Assembly: GCA_963737635.1 (NCBI GenBank)
Contig: CAVTTL010000001.1
Location: forward strand, 864,001-928,000
Source of the DNA: an uncultured Methanoregulaceae archaeon
Lineage (GTDB): Archaea; Halobacteriota; Methanomicrobia; Methanomicrobiales; Methanospirillaceae
Length of the DNA: 64,000 bases
Direction: 5' to 3'
Shown here one piece after another: positions 10,969-22,100 of this stretch (position 1 is its first letter; the number at the start of each line of letters is the position of its first letter). The translations under genes were made by a program, and so were the position numbers. A model generated the notes under the pieces. The model was given only the letters and a program-made list of their open reading frames with translations, was not told the DNA's origin and searched no databases.

Positions 10969-12126
10969 ATGCGAACTTTTGTCTCGGACCGTGCCCAGCA
11001 GATACCACCATCAGGAATCCGGAAATTTTTTGACTTGGCGCTCGCGATGAATGATGTTATCTCTCTCGGAGTCGGCGAACCCGATTTCAGGACCCCGTGG
11101 AACATCTGCGAGTCCGGTATCTATTCGGTCGAGCAGGGTGTGACTTCATATACGTCAAATCGGGGACTGCAGTCCCTCCGTGATGCGCTGGCAGTTCACC
11201 TTGCGAGCCGTTACCAGCTTCAGTACTCGGCGGACAATGAGATAATCATCACCACCGGGGTGTCAGAAGGCCTCGACATTGCCATCCGCGCCATCGTCGA
11301 TCCCGGGGATGAAGTCCTGATCGCCGAACCCAGTTATGTCTCCTACGCACCCTGCGTAACTCTTGCGGGAGGGGTCCCGGTGCCGGTGGAATGCACTGAA
11401 AGCGATCATTTCCGGCTTAATCCCGACGCACTTCAGGCAAAGATCACACCTAAAACAAAAGCCCTCATCATCAACTTCCCTAATAATCCAACGGGTGCCG
11501 TGATGAAAAAGGAGGATCTTGAGCCGATTGCCGACATCGTCACCGACCGGGATCTGATGCTTATCAGCGATGAAGTTTACTCAGAGCTCACTTACGAATC
11601 AAGTCATACCGTTGCAGCGGCCGTAAAGGATCTCTGGGAACGAACGATCACGCTCAACGGGTTTTCAAAGGCCTATGCGATGACCGGTTGGCGGGTGGGC
11701 TTTCTCTGTGCCCCCAAAGAGATTTGCGACGCAGCATTGAAGATCCACCAGTATGTCATGCTCTGTGCGCCGGTAATGGGGCAGATAGGCGCCCTTGAGG
11801 CCCTCCGTTCAGCAGAAGATGAAAAGACCAGTATGGTCAATGAGTACAGGCTCCGGCGCAATATGTTTGTCGCCGGCCTCAACAGGATCGGGCTCTCCTG
11901 CCATGTTCCCGAAGGAGCATTTTATGCGTTCCCTTCAGTAAAAGGAACCGGGCTTTCCGATGTGGAATTTGCTGAGCGGCTGCTCAGGGAGCAACGGGTT
12001 GCCGTTGTTCCGGGCAGCGTATTTGGCGCCGGTGGGAATTATCATCTTCGCTGCGCGTATGCAGTCTCCCGACAGGAACTGACCGAAGCTATGGCCAGGA
12101 TGGAAACTTTCATTAATGGTTTGTAA
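10969..12126 (+). CDS. Class I/II PLP-dependent aminotransferase
   Basis: SLGVGEPDF, NFPNNPTG, SDEVY, NGFSKAYAMTGWRVG. Confidence 0.93.
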   Translation: MRTFVSDRAQQIPPSGIRKFFDLALAMNDVISLGVGEPDFRTPWNICESGIYSVEQGVTSYTSNRGLQSLRDALAVHLASRYQLQYSADNEIIITTGVSEGLDIAIRAIVDPGDEVLIAEPSYVSYAPCVTLAGGVPVPVECTESDHFRLNPDALQAKITPKTKALIINFPNNPTGAVMKKEDLEPIADIVTDRDLMLISDEVYSELTYESSHTVAAAVKDLWERTITLNGFSKAYAMTGWRVGFLCAPKEICDAALKIHQYVMLCAPVMGQIGALEALRSAEDEKTSMVNEYRLRRNMFVAGLNRIGLSCHVPEGAFYAFPSVKGTGLSDVEFAERLLREQRVAVVPGSVFGAGGNYHLRCAYAVSRQELTEAMARMETFINGL

Positions 12127-12265
12127 CTATCTTCAGCAAACTGCCCTGTGCTTAGTGACAGGTACCTACCTGACAATCTGGGGAGCCACAATCCCGGTTC
12201 CCGCTGTTTTTATACTTCAGAGCAGACTTTATTGCCAAACCCGGCCTACACTACATGATATTCCA

Positions 12266-13279
12266 ATGAGTTGCACAGTTATCGTAGGTGGCTTTTTTGG
12301 GGATGAGGGGAAGGGCAAGATCGTTGCCCACATCGCTTATGCAGATGAACCTGTCATCATCTCCCGCGGCGGTGTCGGCCCGAATGCCGGGCACACCGTG
12401 AAGGTGGGGGACCATGAATATGGTGTACGGATGGTGCCCTCCGGGTTTGTCTATAAAAAAGCCAAACTTTGTATTGGTAGCGGGGTACTTGTCGATCCCA
12501 GAGTCCTCAAGCATGAGGTTGAAACACTGGGTGTGAGAGGAAGGGTCTTTGTAGACAGACGCTGCGGTATCATCACCGAAGATCATATCGCTAGGGATAA
12601 GGGCAGCGCCCACCTTTCAAAGAAGATTGGAAGCACCGGCTCTGGCTGTGGTCCCGCAAATGCTGACAGGGTTATGCGGATCTCCCCGCAGGCAAAGGAT
12701 GTACCGGAACTTGCCGAGTACCTCCTGGATGTTCCACTTGCCATCAACGATGCCCTCAAATGCGGCAGGACTGTTCTTCTGGAGGGTACCCAGGGTTTTG
12801 GGATTTCGCTCTATTATGGCACCTATCCGTTTGTTACCAGTAAGGACACGTCTGCGTCACAAATTGCAGCTGACAATGGTGTCGGGCCGACGAAAATCGA
12901 CGATGTGATCGTTGTCTTCAAGGCATATCCTACCCGGGTAGGTGAAGGCCCGTTTTCGACAGAAATGACGACGGAGAAGTCGGATGCAATGGGTATTCAG
13001 GAGTTCGGTACCGTCACCCACCGGAAGCGCCGGGTTGGTTGCTGGGATGGCGAGATGGCCCGCTATTCAGCCATGATCAATGGCTGTACGCAGGCAGCGA
13101 TTACGGGTATCGACCGGGTTGATGAGGCCTGTTTTGGACTTACCGAGTACAGCAAGCTCACCAAAAAGGCAAGGGATTTCTTAAAGACCGCGGAAGATGA
13201 TATCGGCTGTCCCATCACCCTCATCTCTACTGGCCCAGAGATCTCCCAGATCATCGATATCAGGAAAGAATACGCATGA
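12266..13279 (+). CDS. purA: Adenylosuccinate synthetase (short archaeal form)
   Basis: GDEGKGK, GPNAGHTV, EGTQG, YPFVTS, EFGTVTHRKRRVG; start set at MSCTVIVGG. Confidence 0.95.
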   Translation: MSCTVIVGGFFGDEGKGKIVAHIAYADEPVIISRGGVGPNAGHTVKVGDHEYGVRMVPSGFVYKKAKLCIGSGVLVDPRVLKHEVETLGVRGRVFVDRRCGIITEDHIARDKGSAHLSKKIGSTGSGCGPANADRVMRISPQAKDVPELAEYLLDVPLAINDALKCGRTVLLEGTQGFGISLYYGTYPFVTSKDTSASQIAADNGVGPTKIDDVIVVFKAYPTRVGEGPFSTEMTTEKSDAMGIQEFGTVTHRKRRVGCWDGEMARYSAMINGCTQAAITGIDRVDEACFGLTEYSKLTKKARDFLKTAEDDIGCPITLISTGPEISQIIDIRKEYA

Positions 13280-13455
13280 AGCGTTCTCTCATGGACATCC
13301 TCTGCTGCCCTGTCTGCAAAGGTGATCTTGCGCTTCGCGTCGATGCAGAGAACGAAAAGGAGATCCTTGAGGGTAATCTGCACTGTGCCACTTGTGGTGT
13401 GGACTATCCTATTAGTGAAGGAATCCCCAACCTTCTTCCCCAGACCACACAATAA
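13276..13455 (+). CDS. trm112: Trm112 methyltransferase activator (59 aa, below ORF-track cutoff)
   Basis: Manual translation MKRSLMDILCCPVCKGDL...LHCATCGVDYPISEGIPNLLPQTTQ; ATGA overlap with purA. Confidence 0.9.
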   Translation: MKRSLMDILCCPVCKGDLALRVDAENEKEILEGNLHCATCGVDYPISEGIPNLLPQTTQ

Positions 13456-13526
13456 CCGGTGATGGAATGTATCCCCTTTTGCCTGTCGGATTCTTGGCTG
13501 TTTTGGATAACCTTCGGGCAGAGGGG

Positions 13527-14042
13527 GTGACGACCGAGATACATCTCAACCGGTCGGGCATCAATACTATCGATATTCCACCTGAGAATGCACAGGTTGA
13601 GTGCGGGGGTCACCTAAAGATCCGGTTCAAAAACCGGGGTGCTCCCATCCATATCACGGCTACCACATCTAACGCCGGCATGTTTACCGATTTTTTCCAT
13701 GAAAACATGTATGTAATCGATGAAGTCATGCTTGGCATACCCTTACGGAAGGCATGTGCGCCGGGTTTTTTCGATATCGATATTATCGCCGGTTATGGTG
13801 CAATGAAAGCAACCCTTCGGGTCGAAGTTATCGTAAAACCCTCGTGGGAAGAAAAGTCATTGGAAAAAGAACTCTCCGTCCAGCCTGAAGCACATGGCCG
13901 GCCACACCTCCTGATGGTGGCGATGGCGATCGGTCTTGTCCTGTACTGCATCTGGTATTATACCCGGATCGAAATCTTCAACCTTGCGGCGTTCATTGCC
14001 CTGATTGTCGGTGCACTCTTCATATGGTACCGACAGACCTGA
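13527..14042 (+). CDS. Conserved hypothetical protein with two C-terminal TM helices
   Basis: Open frame; GTG start after a G-rich RBS-like run; two hydrophobic C-terminal segments. Confidence 0.65.
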   Translation: MTTEIHLNRSGINTIDIPPENAQVECGGHLKIRFKNRGAPIHITATTSNAGMFTDFFHENMYVIDEVMLGIPLRKACAPGFFDIDIIAGYGAMKATLRVEVIVKPSWEEKSLEKELSVQPEAHGRPHLLMVAMAIGLVLYCIWYYTRIEIFNLAAFIALIVGALFIWYRQT

Positions 14043-14979
14043 TCCTTGCCTGTATCGTCCTTGTTCTGGCTCTCGCGGTTGACCGGTTGATCGGTGATCC
14101 GCAGTCGCCTTACCATCCGGTTGCACTCATAGGACGGTTCATCGGCTGGTGGGGCCAGCGGCTAGGTACCCTCCCTTTATCCAACGTGCCACAGGTATTC
14201 TCCTCTGGTTTATGACAATATGCATATTTGCACTCCCGTTTTTCCTGTTTGGCCGCTATGCACCGTGGTTCATTTACCTTATCTGCGCCCCGGTTCTCCT
14301 TAAGTGCTGTTTTGCCTGGCGTTCGCTTGAGGAGCATGCCCTGGGCGTCGTGGCCGCTTTAAAGATCGGTGTAAACGAGGGAAGAACTCACGTAAAGATG
14401 ATGGTCTCCCGGGACACTGCCAGTCTGGATCCCGAGCATATCCAGTCGGCCGCATACGAGTCTATGACCGAGAACCTTACCGACAGTATCATATCGCCAC
14501 TCTTTTATTTCGTGCTCCTCTCACCGTTTGGCATAGGGCTTGCCGGGTCTGCCGCGTTTCGTGCAGCAAATACGATGGATGCGATGCTCGGGTACAGAGA
14601 CGAGCGGGCACAGCTTGGCTGGTGCTCTGCACGAATGGACGATATCCTCAACTACCTCCCCGCCCGGATTACCGCTTTTTTTCTCATTATCTATTTTTTC
14701 ACAAAGGGCACCGGTGCCCGTGCATGGCGGGTGATGTTCAGGGACGGGAAGAATCGTCCGGGATTTAATGGGGGTCTTGTCATGGCGGCAATGGCCGGGG
14801 GATGCGGCGTTCGTTTTGAAAAGCCGGGGATTTACACCATCGGAGACGGCGGGCAGTCGTTTGATAGGGAGGGACCGGCAATCATTCGCGCAGTCCGGGC
14901 GGTTACTCTTGCATTTGCGGCAACTGCTGCCGGTACACTTATTTTATTGGCATGGCTGATCCATATTACTGGTATATGA
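14024..14979 (+). CDS. cbiB: Adenosylcobinamide-phosphate synthase CbiB/CobD (indel near 14155)
   Basis: [54 protein letters not shown]. Confidence 0.9.
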
Positions 14980-15873
14980 AACTTGAAGAACTGAGATTTG
15001 GCACTGAGCTTCTCAAGCGCGGCTTTGCATCCATGCAGAAAGGAGGCGTGATCATGGATGTCGTCAATGCCGAGCAGGCAAGAATTGCCGAGACAGCCGG
15101 AGCCGTCGCAGTTATGTCGCTGGAACGGGTGCCTTCCGATATAAGGAAACAAGGAGGTGTCGCCCGGATGGCAGACCCTGAGAAGGTCAAGGAAATCATC
15201 GATGCAGTTTCGATCCCGGTCATGGGAAAGGTCAGGATCGGCCATTTCGTTGAAGCTCAGGGTACTCGAGGAGCTTGGCGTCGATATGATCGATGAGAGT
15301 GAAGTACTCACTCCTGCCGACGAAGAGTACCACATCGACAAGAAACAGTTCAAGGTCCCGTTTGTCTGCGGAGCACGAAACCTTGGTGAGGCGTTGCGCC
15401 GGGTGAATGAAGGTGCAGCAATGATCCGGACCAAGGGCGAGGCGGGAACAGGAAACATTGTCGAAGCGGTCCGCCATATGCGGGCGATTATGGGCGAGAT
15501 CCGCAAGGTGCAGGGAATGGACGACCAGGAGCGGATCAGCTATGCACGGACGATCGAGGCACCGGCGGAACTGGTCATCGAGTGCGCACAACGCGGCCGT
15601 CTGCCTGTCGTAAATTTCTCGGCCGGTGGCATAGCCACGCCATCGGATGCTGCGCTGATGATGCAGCTTGGGGCTGACGGCGTCTTTGTCGGGTCCGGGA
15701 TCTTCAAGTCCTCAAACCCAGAGAAGATGGCAAAGGCAATCGTGGAAGCGGTTAACCACTATAGCGATGCCGCCGTGATTGCACAGGTCAGCAGGGGACT
15801 TGGTGACGCAATGCCGGGTCTTGATGTCCATACACTCAAGCCCGATGAGGTGCTGCAGACCCGTGGACGTTAA
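14976..15873 (+). CDS. pdxS: PLP synthase lyase subunit PdxS (extra G near 15260)
   Basis: [56 protein letters not shown]. Confidence 0.95.
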
Positions 15874-16450
15874 GATCGGAGTTCTCGCGTTACAGGGCGA
15901 TGTGAGCGAACATATCGAAGCCTTTAAGGTAGCACTGCGCCTGCGGGGATGCGGTGAGGGTTCATCGGTTATTGAAGTCAGAAGCCCAGCAGATCTTGCC
16001 GGCTGCATGGCGCTTGCGATCCCGGGCGGAGAATCGACAACTATCTCCCGGCTCATCGATAAGAACGACCTTTTCGAACCGATCCGGACTTTCACGGGCG
16101 GAATATTTGCTACATGCGCCGGCATGATCCTCATGGCGACCGACGTTGGCGATTCCCGCGTGCACAGCCTTGGGCTTATGAACATGACTGTGGACCGGAA
16201 CGCGTTCGGGCGGCAGAAGGAATCGTTTGAAGTGGATATCCCGGTAAAAGGGCTTCCCGGACTATTTCATGCGATCTTCATCCGGGGACCGGTCGTGACA
16301 AAAGCCCGGGATGACGTGAGCGTTCTTGCCAGAGTCGATCAGGGAATCGTTGCCGTGGAGAAAGAAAGGTACATGGCCCTTGCATTCCACCCGGAGCTTG
16401 GCGGGGATTTCCGGCTCCACGAACGGTTTTTGCAGAACCTGGGAATATGA
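15863..16450 (+). CDS. pdxT: PLP synthase glutaminase subunit PdxT
   Basis: [36 protein letters not shown]. Confidence 0.95.
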   Translation: MDVKIGVLALQGDVSEHIEAFKVALRLRGCGEGSSVIEVRSPADLAGCMALAIPGGESTTISRLIDKNDLFEPIRTFTGGIFATCAGMILMATDVGDSRVHSLGLMNMTVDRNAFGRQKESFEVDIPVKGLPGLFHAIFIRGPVVTKARDDVSVLARVDQGIVAVEKERYMALAFHPELGGDFRLHERFLQNLGI

Positions 16451-17127
16451 CGCAAGATGCTGCAGAACTCAAAGAACAGGCCCGCCGGCTTGGGGCAGAT
16501 TTTGTCGGTATTGCTGATGCCACCGGATTCCTGAGCCCGGAATACACCGGGAACAGACCACAGGATTTCATGCCCGGGATCCGTTCGGTGATCGTCATTG
16601 GCGTAATGATCCCGAAGGGATGCATCCAGCCTCTTCCTAAAGGCAGGCCTGAGTATACCAATACTCTGATGGCAGGAACCGCGACCCTGCGTGTGATCGC
16701 ATTCCGCCTCGCCAGGGATCTGGAAAGACAGGGCTACGCTGCCGCTCTTGTTCCCTCCGAGGGCAGTGAATTCGGAATGTGGTACGCTGACCGGGAAACC
16801 CTCAGGGGGGATATTTCCCTGAAGTATGCCGCGTGGCTTGCCGGCCTTGGTACCTATGGTCTTAACCAGCTCCTCATGACCCAGGAGACCGGCCCCCGGA
16901 TCCGTATGACGGCGATTCTGACCGATACGCCGCTTTCCGCGGACCACCCCGTAGATATGTCCTTTATCAGGCTTGAGTGCGCCGGATGCCAAAGGTGTGT
17001 CAGAGCCTGCCCCGTCGGCGCGATTTCCCCCGATGGGACGTTCCGGCCCCAGGTCTGCCGGGATTATATGTTCTCAACGCTTGGCGGCCTGCGGTGCGGC
17101 ATGTGCATCCGGGTCTGCCCGCTTTAG
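16447..17127 (+). CDS. QueG/reductive-dehalogenase-like 2x[4Fe-4S], probably cobalamin-binding, reductase
   Basis: GADFVGIAD, SLKYAAWLAGLGTYG, GPRIRMTAILTD, CAGCQRCVRACPVGAI and CGMCIRVCP. Confidence 0.8.
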   Translation: MTQDAAELKEQARRLGADFVGIADATGFLSPEYTGNRPQDFMPGIRSVIVIGVMIPKGCIQPLPKGRPEYTNTLMAGTATLRVIAFRLARDLERQGYAAALVPSEGSEFGMWYADRETLRGDISLKYAAWLAGLGTYGLNQLLMTQETGPRIRMTAILTDTPLSADHPVDMSFIRLECAGCQRCVRACPVGAISPDGTFRPQVCRDYMFSTLGGLRCGMCIRVCPL

Positions 17128-17218
17128 CACTCCCTTGCACATACTATGCTTATCAACCTGAGCGAGGTATGTTCATGTTTGTGGCAAAAAGAGCCCCTAC
17201 CTTCACCATAATCCCGGA

Positions 17219-17485
17219 TTGTCGCCGGAGAAATTGCTGGTGAAGCTCTCTGCTGCGATTGCAAACCACCATGATTTTGTCCTTACATGGGAGCCACAGC
17301 TTGGCGAAGCACCGGAGCCGGTTATCTACATCATGACCGGGAACCTGATCACGCCGTGCAGGCTGAATGGTCTCAGGGACCGGGCAAAGCTCTTTGAAGA
17401 TGAAGGAGCCCGGATTGTGATGTTTAAGAGTAGAACCGTTTCGGCCCGCCTAAAAAATGAGAGGGAATGTTTCAGGAACTTGTAG
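17219..17485 (+). CDS. Possible small hypothetical protein (start uncertain)
   Basis: 88-aa ORF whose frame stays open back to 17162; no recognisable motif. Confidence 0.3.
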   Translation: MSPEKLLVKLSAAIANHHDFVLTWEPQLGEAPEPVIYIMTGNLITPCRLNGLRDRAKLFEDEGARIVMFKSRTVSARLKNERECFRNL

Positions 17486-18794
17486 GATCTGCCATCTGCC
17501 CCGCAAAGAGAATCGTACCGGTATTGTTGTCCTGTATCAGGAAGAGGAACGGATGATCGGCCCGGAAGACCGGTACCGGTTCCTGAGACCCGGGAGCAAC
17601 CGCCATCATATTCATCACCGCTCCTGTAGCTGCGGCCGCCTCGGTCCCCTGCTCGTTAACTTCGATGTAAGCCTTATGGTACACGTCGTTGATGTACAGA
17701 TCCTGTGCCCCATCCATGCCGGAGAAATCTGCCGCGCTGGAGAATGCTGTTGGCATCCCCATCGCGCTGAGCATCTCCTTGAGGGAATACTGGGTCTCTA
17801 TCTTGAATTTCGGGAGATACACCATGACCCTCCGGGATGATGAGGATTGTTCCAGTACCGAAAGATTGACCGGATCGAGATACGATTCTGCTATGGAGAG
17901 ATTATTTCCTGTGGGGAGAAGGACAATCAAAGAAAGCCCCTGCCCGCTTGTTGTAGTATACGGCACGGAGAGCATCTGGAGATCTGGTGTTTCCACGTAG
18001 GGATAAACGGCATCCTCGTCGGTCTGTTGCATCATTCTCGTTGTAACCTGTGTACCGTCAGGCCTTGTGAACGTTGCATTGGTTGTCTGGTTGGCATCGA
18101 ATTGCTTCTGCCACGTACCCTTGAAATATACGGCGTTTGTAATCACAAGCCGGGTCGAAGAATCAATGCTGCCACTTGGAAGGAGATCCTGGATCTTGTT
18201 ATTGGTTTTCCCTGCTACCCAGTCATTGGTGGTCTGGCGTGAGGTGTCAGGCTGGCCGGCAAAATCGAGATTCGTTGTGTTGGCTCCGTAGAATTGTTGC
18301 GCGACACCGGTGTATCCGGGAAGGAAGGCAGACGTTTTTTCCGCCCAGAGAGCATTTGCCGTGCTCAGGGTGTAGCCGCCGTTCTGCTGATTGATACCCA
18401 CATTGATCGCGGCAAACCCCTCTCTGAGACTGGTCACATTCGATGGGAAATAAAAGACAGACCGAATCTCATCAGCGGTTGTCCCGCGGGCGCCCTCATA
18501 CGTGAGGGCGAGGGCGGATGAGATGGAAAATGGCGAAAAGAAGATATTGCCGCTTCCTGTCGCAGGCTCCTTTGCGATCTTGCGGTACAAGTCCGCCGCA
18601 AACTGATCGTTGGATGCAACAATACCAGTGCCTGAAGTAATGGAGGCAGCCGGTGTTTCTGGAGACGTCAGGTTTCCGCCTGCAGGCTTTTGAATTCCTG
18701 ATGCTCCAGGAGTTCCGGTGCATCCAGCAATAACTACTAGGAGAAGAATAAGTATTGGTGTAACAACAAGTACTTTCCATTGGCCGGATTTCAT
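17472..18794 (-). CDS. Serpin, predicted lipoprotein
   Basis: Lipobox VIAGC, NIFFSPFSI, ITNAVYFKGTW, LPKFKIE, hinge EQGTEAAAATG, FRADHPFLFLI. Confidence 0.95.
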   Translation of the reverse strand: MKSGQWKVLVVTPILILLLVVIAGCTGTPGASGIQKPAGGNLTSPETPAASITSGTGIVASNDQFAADLYRKIAKEPATGSGNIFFSPFSISSALALTYEGARGTTADEIRSVFYFPSNVTSLREGFAAINVGINQQNGGYTLSTANALWAEKTSAFLPGYTGVAQQFYGANTTNLDFAGQPDTSRQTTNDWVAGKTNNKIQDLLPSGSIDSSTRLVITNAVYFKGTWQKQFDANQTTNATFTRPDGTQVTTRMMQQTDEDAVYPYVETPDLQMLSVPYTTTSGQGLSLIVLLPTGNNLSIAESYLDPVNLSVLEQSSSSRRVMVYLPKFKIETQYSLKEMLSAMGMPTAFSSAADFSGMDGAQDLYINDVYHKAYIEVNEQGTEAAAATGAVMNMMAVAPGSQEPVPVFRADHPFLFLIQDNNTGTILFAGQMADPTSS

Positions 18795-18816
18795 GTCAGA
18801 GCATACGTGAACTGGC

Positions 18817-18874
18817 ATGTTAAATTTGGTGTTAACTGCGGTTTTTTTCGCAGTTTTTTTAACACATCTAACAT
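18817..18874. promoter_or_regulatory. Long imperfect inverted repeat over the serpin promoter
   Basis: ATGTTA..GTGTTAACTGCG-(GT7)-CGCAG(T5)TTAACAC..TAACAT. Confidence 0.5.
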
Positions 18875-19114
18875 AAAAATATGTACCGACCAATTTCCGG
18901 AGGTTCTGATAAATTGTCAGATATTAATTGTGGGACTCTGCAGGAGAGATATGGACATGCACATACCAACAACCTCTATTTAAAAGGCATTATTGTATTT
19001 AAATCTCCTTTAAAACTATAAAATGGCTTATTTTAAAAACAGTAAGTTTATATTTAGAAGCAAGTCAATAAGCTTCATATGAGACGGTAATAAATTTAAA
19101 TCCAAGAGGGAATA

Positions 19115-22100
19115 ATGGGCGTTTTTGATCTATTTAAAAACAATAGTCCGGGCAACATTGAAAATAGTGATTTTGAGAACCTGATCAAGGCTCTCCAATC
19201 GGATGATCTCGCCCTCCTGCAAAAAGCGAGGGAAAATCTCCAGGCATTGGGTGACCCTGCCCTCGTTCCGCTTCTCCAGCACGCTCTTGTGGCAGATGAC
19301 AAGCTCCGGACGCAGATCCTCATCGTCGTCCAGGGACTATCCGGGGTCAGCCCTGCCGGAATTTACACCTGTATGAAAAATACCTGCCAAATGGAAGAAC
19401 AGGAAATTATCCGTTTTTTTGCGACACCAGGAAAGCATGCAATACCGGGCCTTTTGAAACTCTCGATCGAGAACGATCCGGACGCGAAATTGGTTGCCGT
19501 CAGTGCACTGGTTCAGATCGGTGAACCGGCAATTCCCCTTCTTACAAAAGCACTGTCTCACCGTTCGTATCGAATACGGTCATCTGCTGCCGAGGCTCTT
19601 ACCCGGATGAAGTGGGAGCCCGGATCCCATGATGAGTATATCCAGTACCTGGTTGCCGGTAAAAAATGGTCAGAGATTATCCGTTTGAAAAAAAATGCTG
19701 TGCCCCCGCTCGTCGGACTCCTCCAGGATAAATATTATGGCATCAGGAGGGATGTTGCAAAAGCGCTGGGAGCCACTGGCGATGCCCGTGCTGTGCTTCC
19801 GCTGATCGACCTTCTAGCCGATCCGGAGGATGATGTATGCATCAGTGCGGTTGAAGCCCTCGCACAGATTAACAACAAAACCGCCGTCCCTGCCCTTGTC
19901 AAGACCCTGAGCCACCCATCAAACTATGTCCGGCATATGGCCGGGACGGCCCTGTCTGAATTCGGATGGTCGCCATCTACAAACGAGGAAAAGGTCACGT
20001 TCCTTATTGCCTTAGAGCGATGGCAGGATCTCACACGGACAGGAAAGCCGGCGATACCGCAGCTGATCGGGATCATCGGGGACGCACACCAGGGGGTCCA
20101 GATCGGAGCCGTTACCGCACTGAAAGCCATGGGAAAACCGGGTATGGATGCTCTTCTTGCATTTTTCAACCAGGCTGACCCCTCCGTCCGTAAGATGATA
20201 ACGGATACTCTCAGTGCGACATCTGCCCCGGCACCCGGAAAACCAGAGGCGGTACCAAAGGAAACGGCCGCTGAAGCTCCTTCACTGCCGGAAAAAAATG
20301 GTGCCGTAAACCCGCTGCCAGGCGTGACAGGCGCCGGGTCAAAACTACCAGTTGGTCAGCACAAGGAGTTCCGTAAGTTTCCGGAACCGCAGAGTGGGGA
20401 GAGTACCCAGAAACATACCGCAATGAAAAGGCCGGACACCTACCAAGAATCGGATCCTGCAGCCCGTGCACCGGAGCAGGCGGCTCTAAAAAATCGTACG
20501 TTTGAAAGACCGGTGCCCACTACAGAGACACATTCTACCCGACATGAGCGGCAGCCAGATTTTTCCGCGCTCACACAAACCGCTGATAAGGAGGATACCA
20601 CAGAGGCGGAGCTTGCGTCTCTTATCCTCTCCCTAGGGAACAGCGATGAGAATATCCGGACTCTTGCGGTTGATGCCCTCGAAAGAATAGGCATCCCGGC
20701 AATCGACGCACTCAGTGGAGCGCTCCGGGATACCTCAATGGAGGTCCGGGTCGCGGCGGCGGAGGTTCTTGGACGGATCGGCAATGAACGAGCAGTCCGG
20801 CCGCTCATCGATGCCTTGAAGGATTCTGATGAGGAAGTACGGGCGGCAGCTGCACGGTCGCTGGGTGAGATCGGGGAATTTTCAGCATTTATACCGCTCA
20901 TACAAACCCTTAAGGACGGAGATCTCCAGGTGCGTCAGAATGCAGAAACGGCTCTTGTCGCGTTCGGCGATCAGGCGGTCGGGCCCATACGGAAACTGGC
21001 AGTCCATGAAAGCCCGTTGATCCGTGGCAGTTCGGCGACAATTCTCGGAAAGATCGGCGGTGTGGGGGTTGCCCAGGATCTGGAAACCTACCTCTCCGAT
21101 CCTGAAGAGACGGTCAGGATGAGGGCGTCAGTCGCTCTCGGGGAATTAGGATCAGGGGGGATCCCAGTGCTGGCGAGGATCCTGCAAACCAGAGATCCCG
21201 GGCTGAGGCTCTGTGCAGTGATAGGGCTCGGACATGCCGGCCCTGAAGCCAAAGAATACCTCGTGCTCGCTTGTAATGATGAGAGTCCGATAGTACGGGA
21301 GAGAGCCCGGGCATTTCTTGACGCTGGTAACGAGACCGTAATCTCATCGGCATACCTTCCGGGGCTGTCAGCCGTCACACCCGGCGTATTGCCGCAAAAC
21401 CCCTCAGTTCCGGCGAATCGCGCACTACCGGATCCACAGAAACTCATCCTGCTGCTGGTACACCCGGATAAGGATGTCCAGATCACAGCGGCACGGGATC
21501 TTGTCGGGTTGGGGGATCGTGCCGTCGATTCCCTTATCGGCGCACTCTCTCATGAAAGCATAGAGGTCCAGGCAAGTGCATCGGAGGTACTGGTTTCAAT
21601 GGGCCAGCCTGCAATCGATCCCTTGATCGCCGCCCTCGCATCTCCCCCTCTCAACAAACAAATGTGGGCAGCTCAGATCCTCGGCAAGATAAACGATCGC
21701 CGGGCAGTTCCCCATCTTATCGGCAAGCTTGACGTAGCGGAGCCTCGTTTACGGCAGACTATTTCAGAAGCGCTTGGATATATTGGCGATCCCGAAGCGA
21801 TTCCTCACCTCGTCCGGCTCTTGGATTATCCGGAGGAAACGGTGCAGATATCGGCTGCCCGTGCGCTTGGGTATCTCGGGCACACGGAGGCCGTACCAGG
21901 GCTAATCGGGGCATTAAACAATGAAGAGTACAATGTCCGGGAAATTGCTTCCGATGCGATTGTGGAGATCGGGGTTCCCGCGTTCCCTCACCTCGTACCG
22001 GCCCTTACATCTCCGTCACGGGAGATCAGGAATGGTGTCGCTGGCTGTCTCGACCGGCTCGGATGGAAGCCCCTTCAGGAAGAAGATGTGATTCATTACC

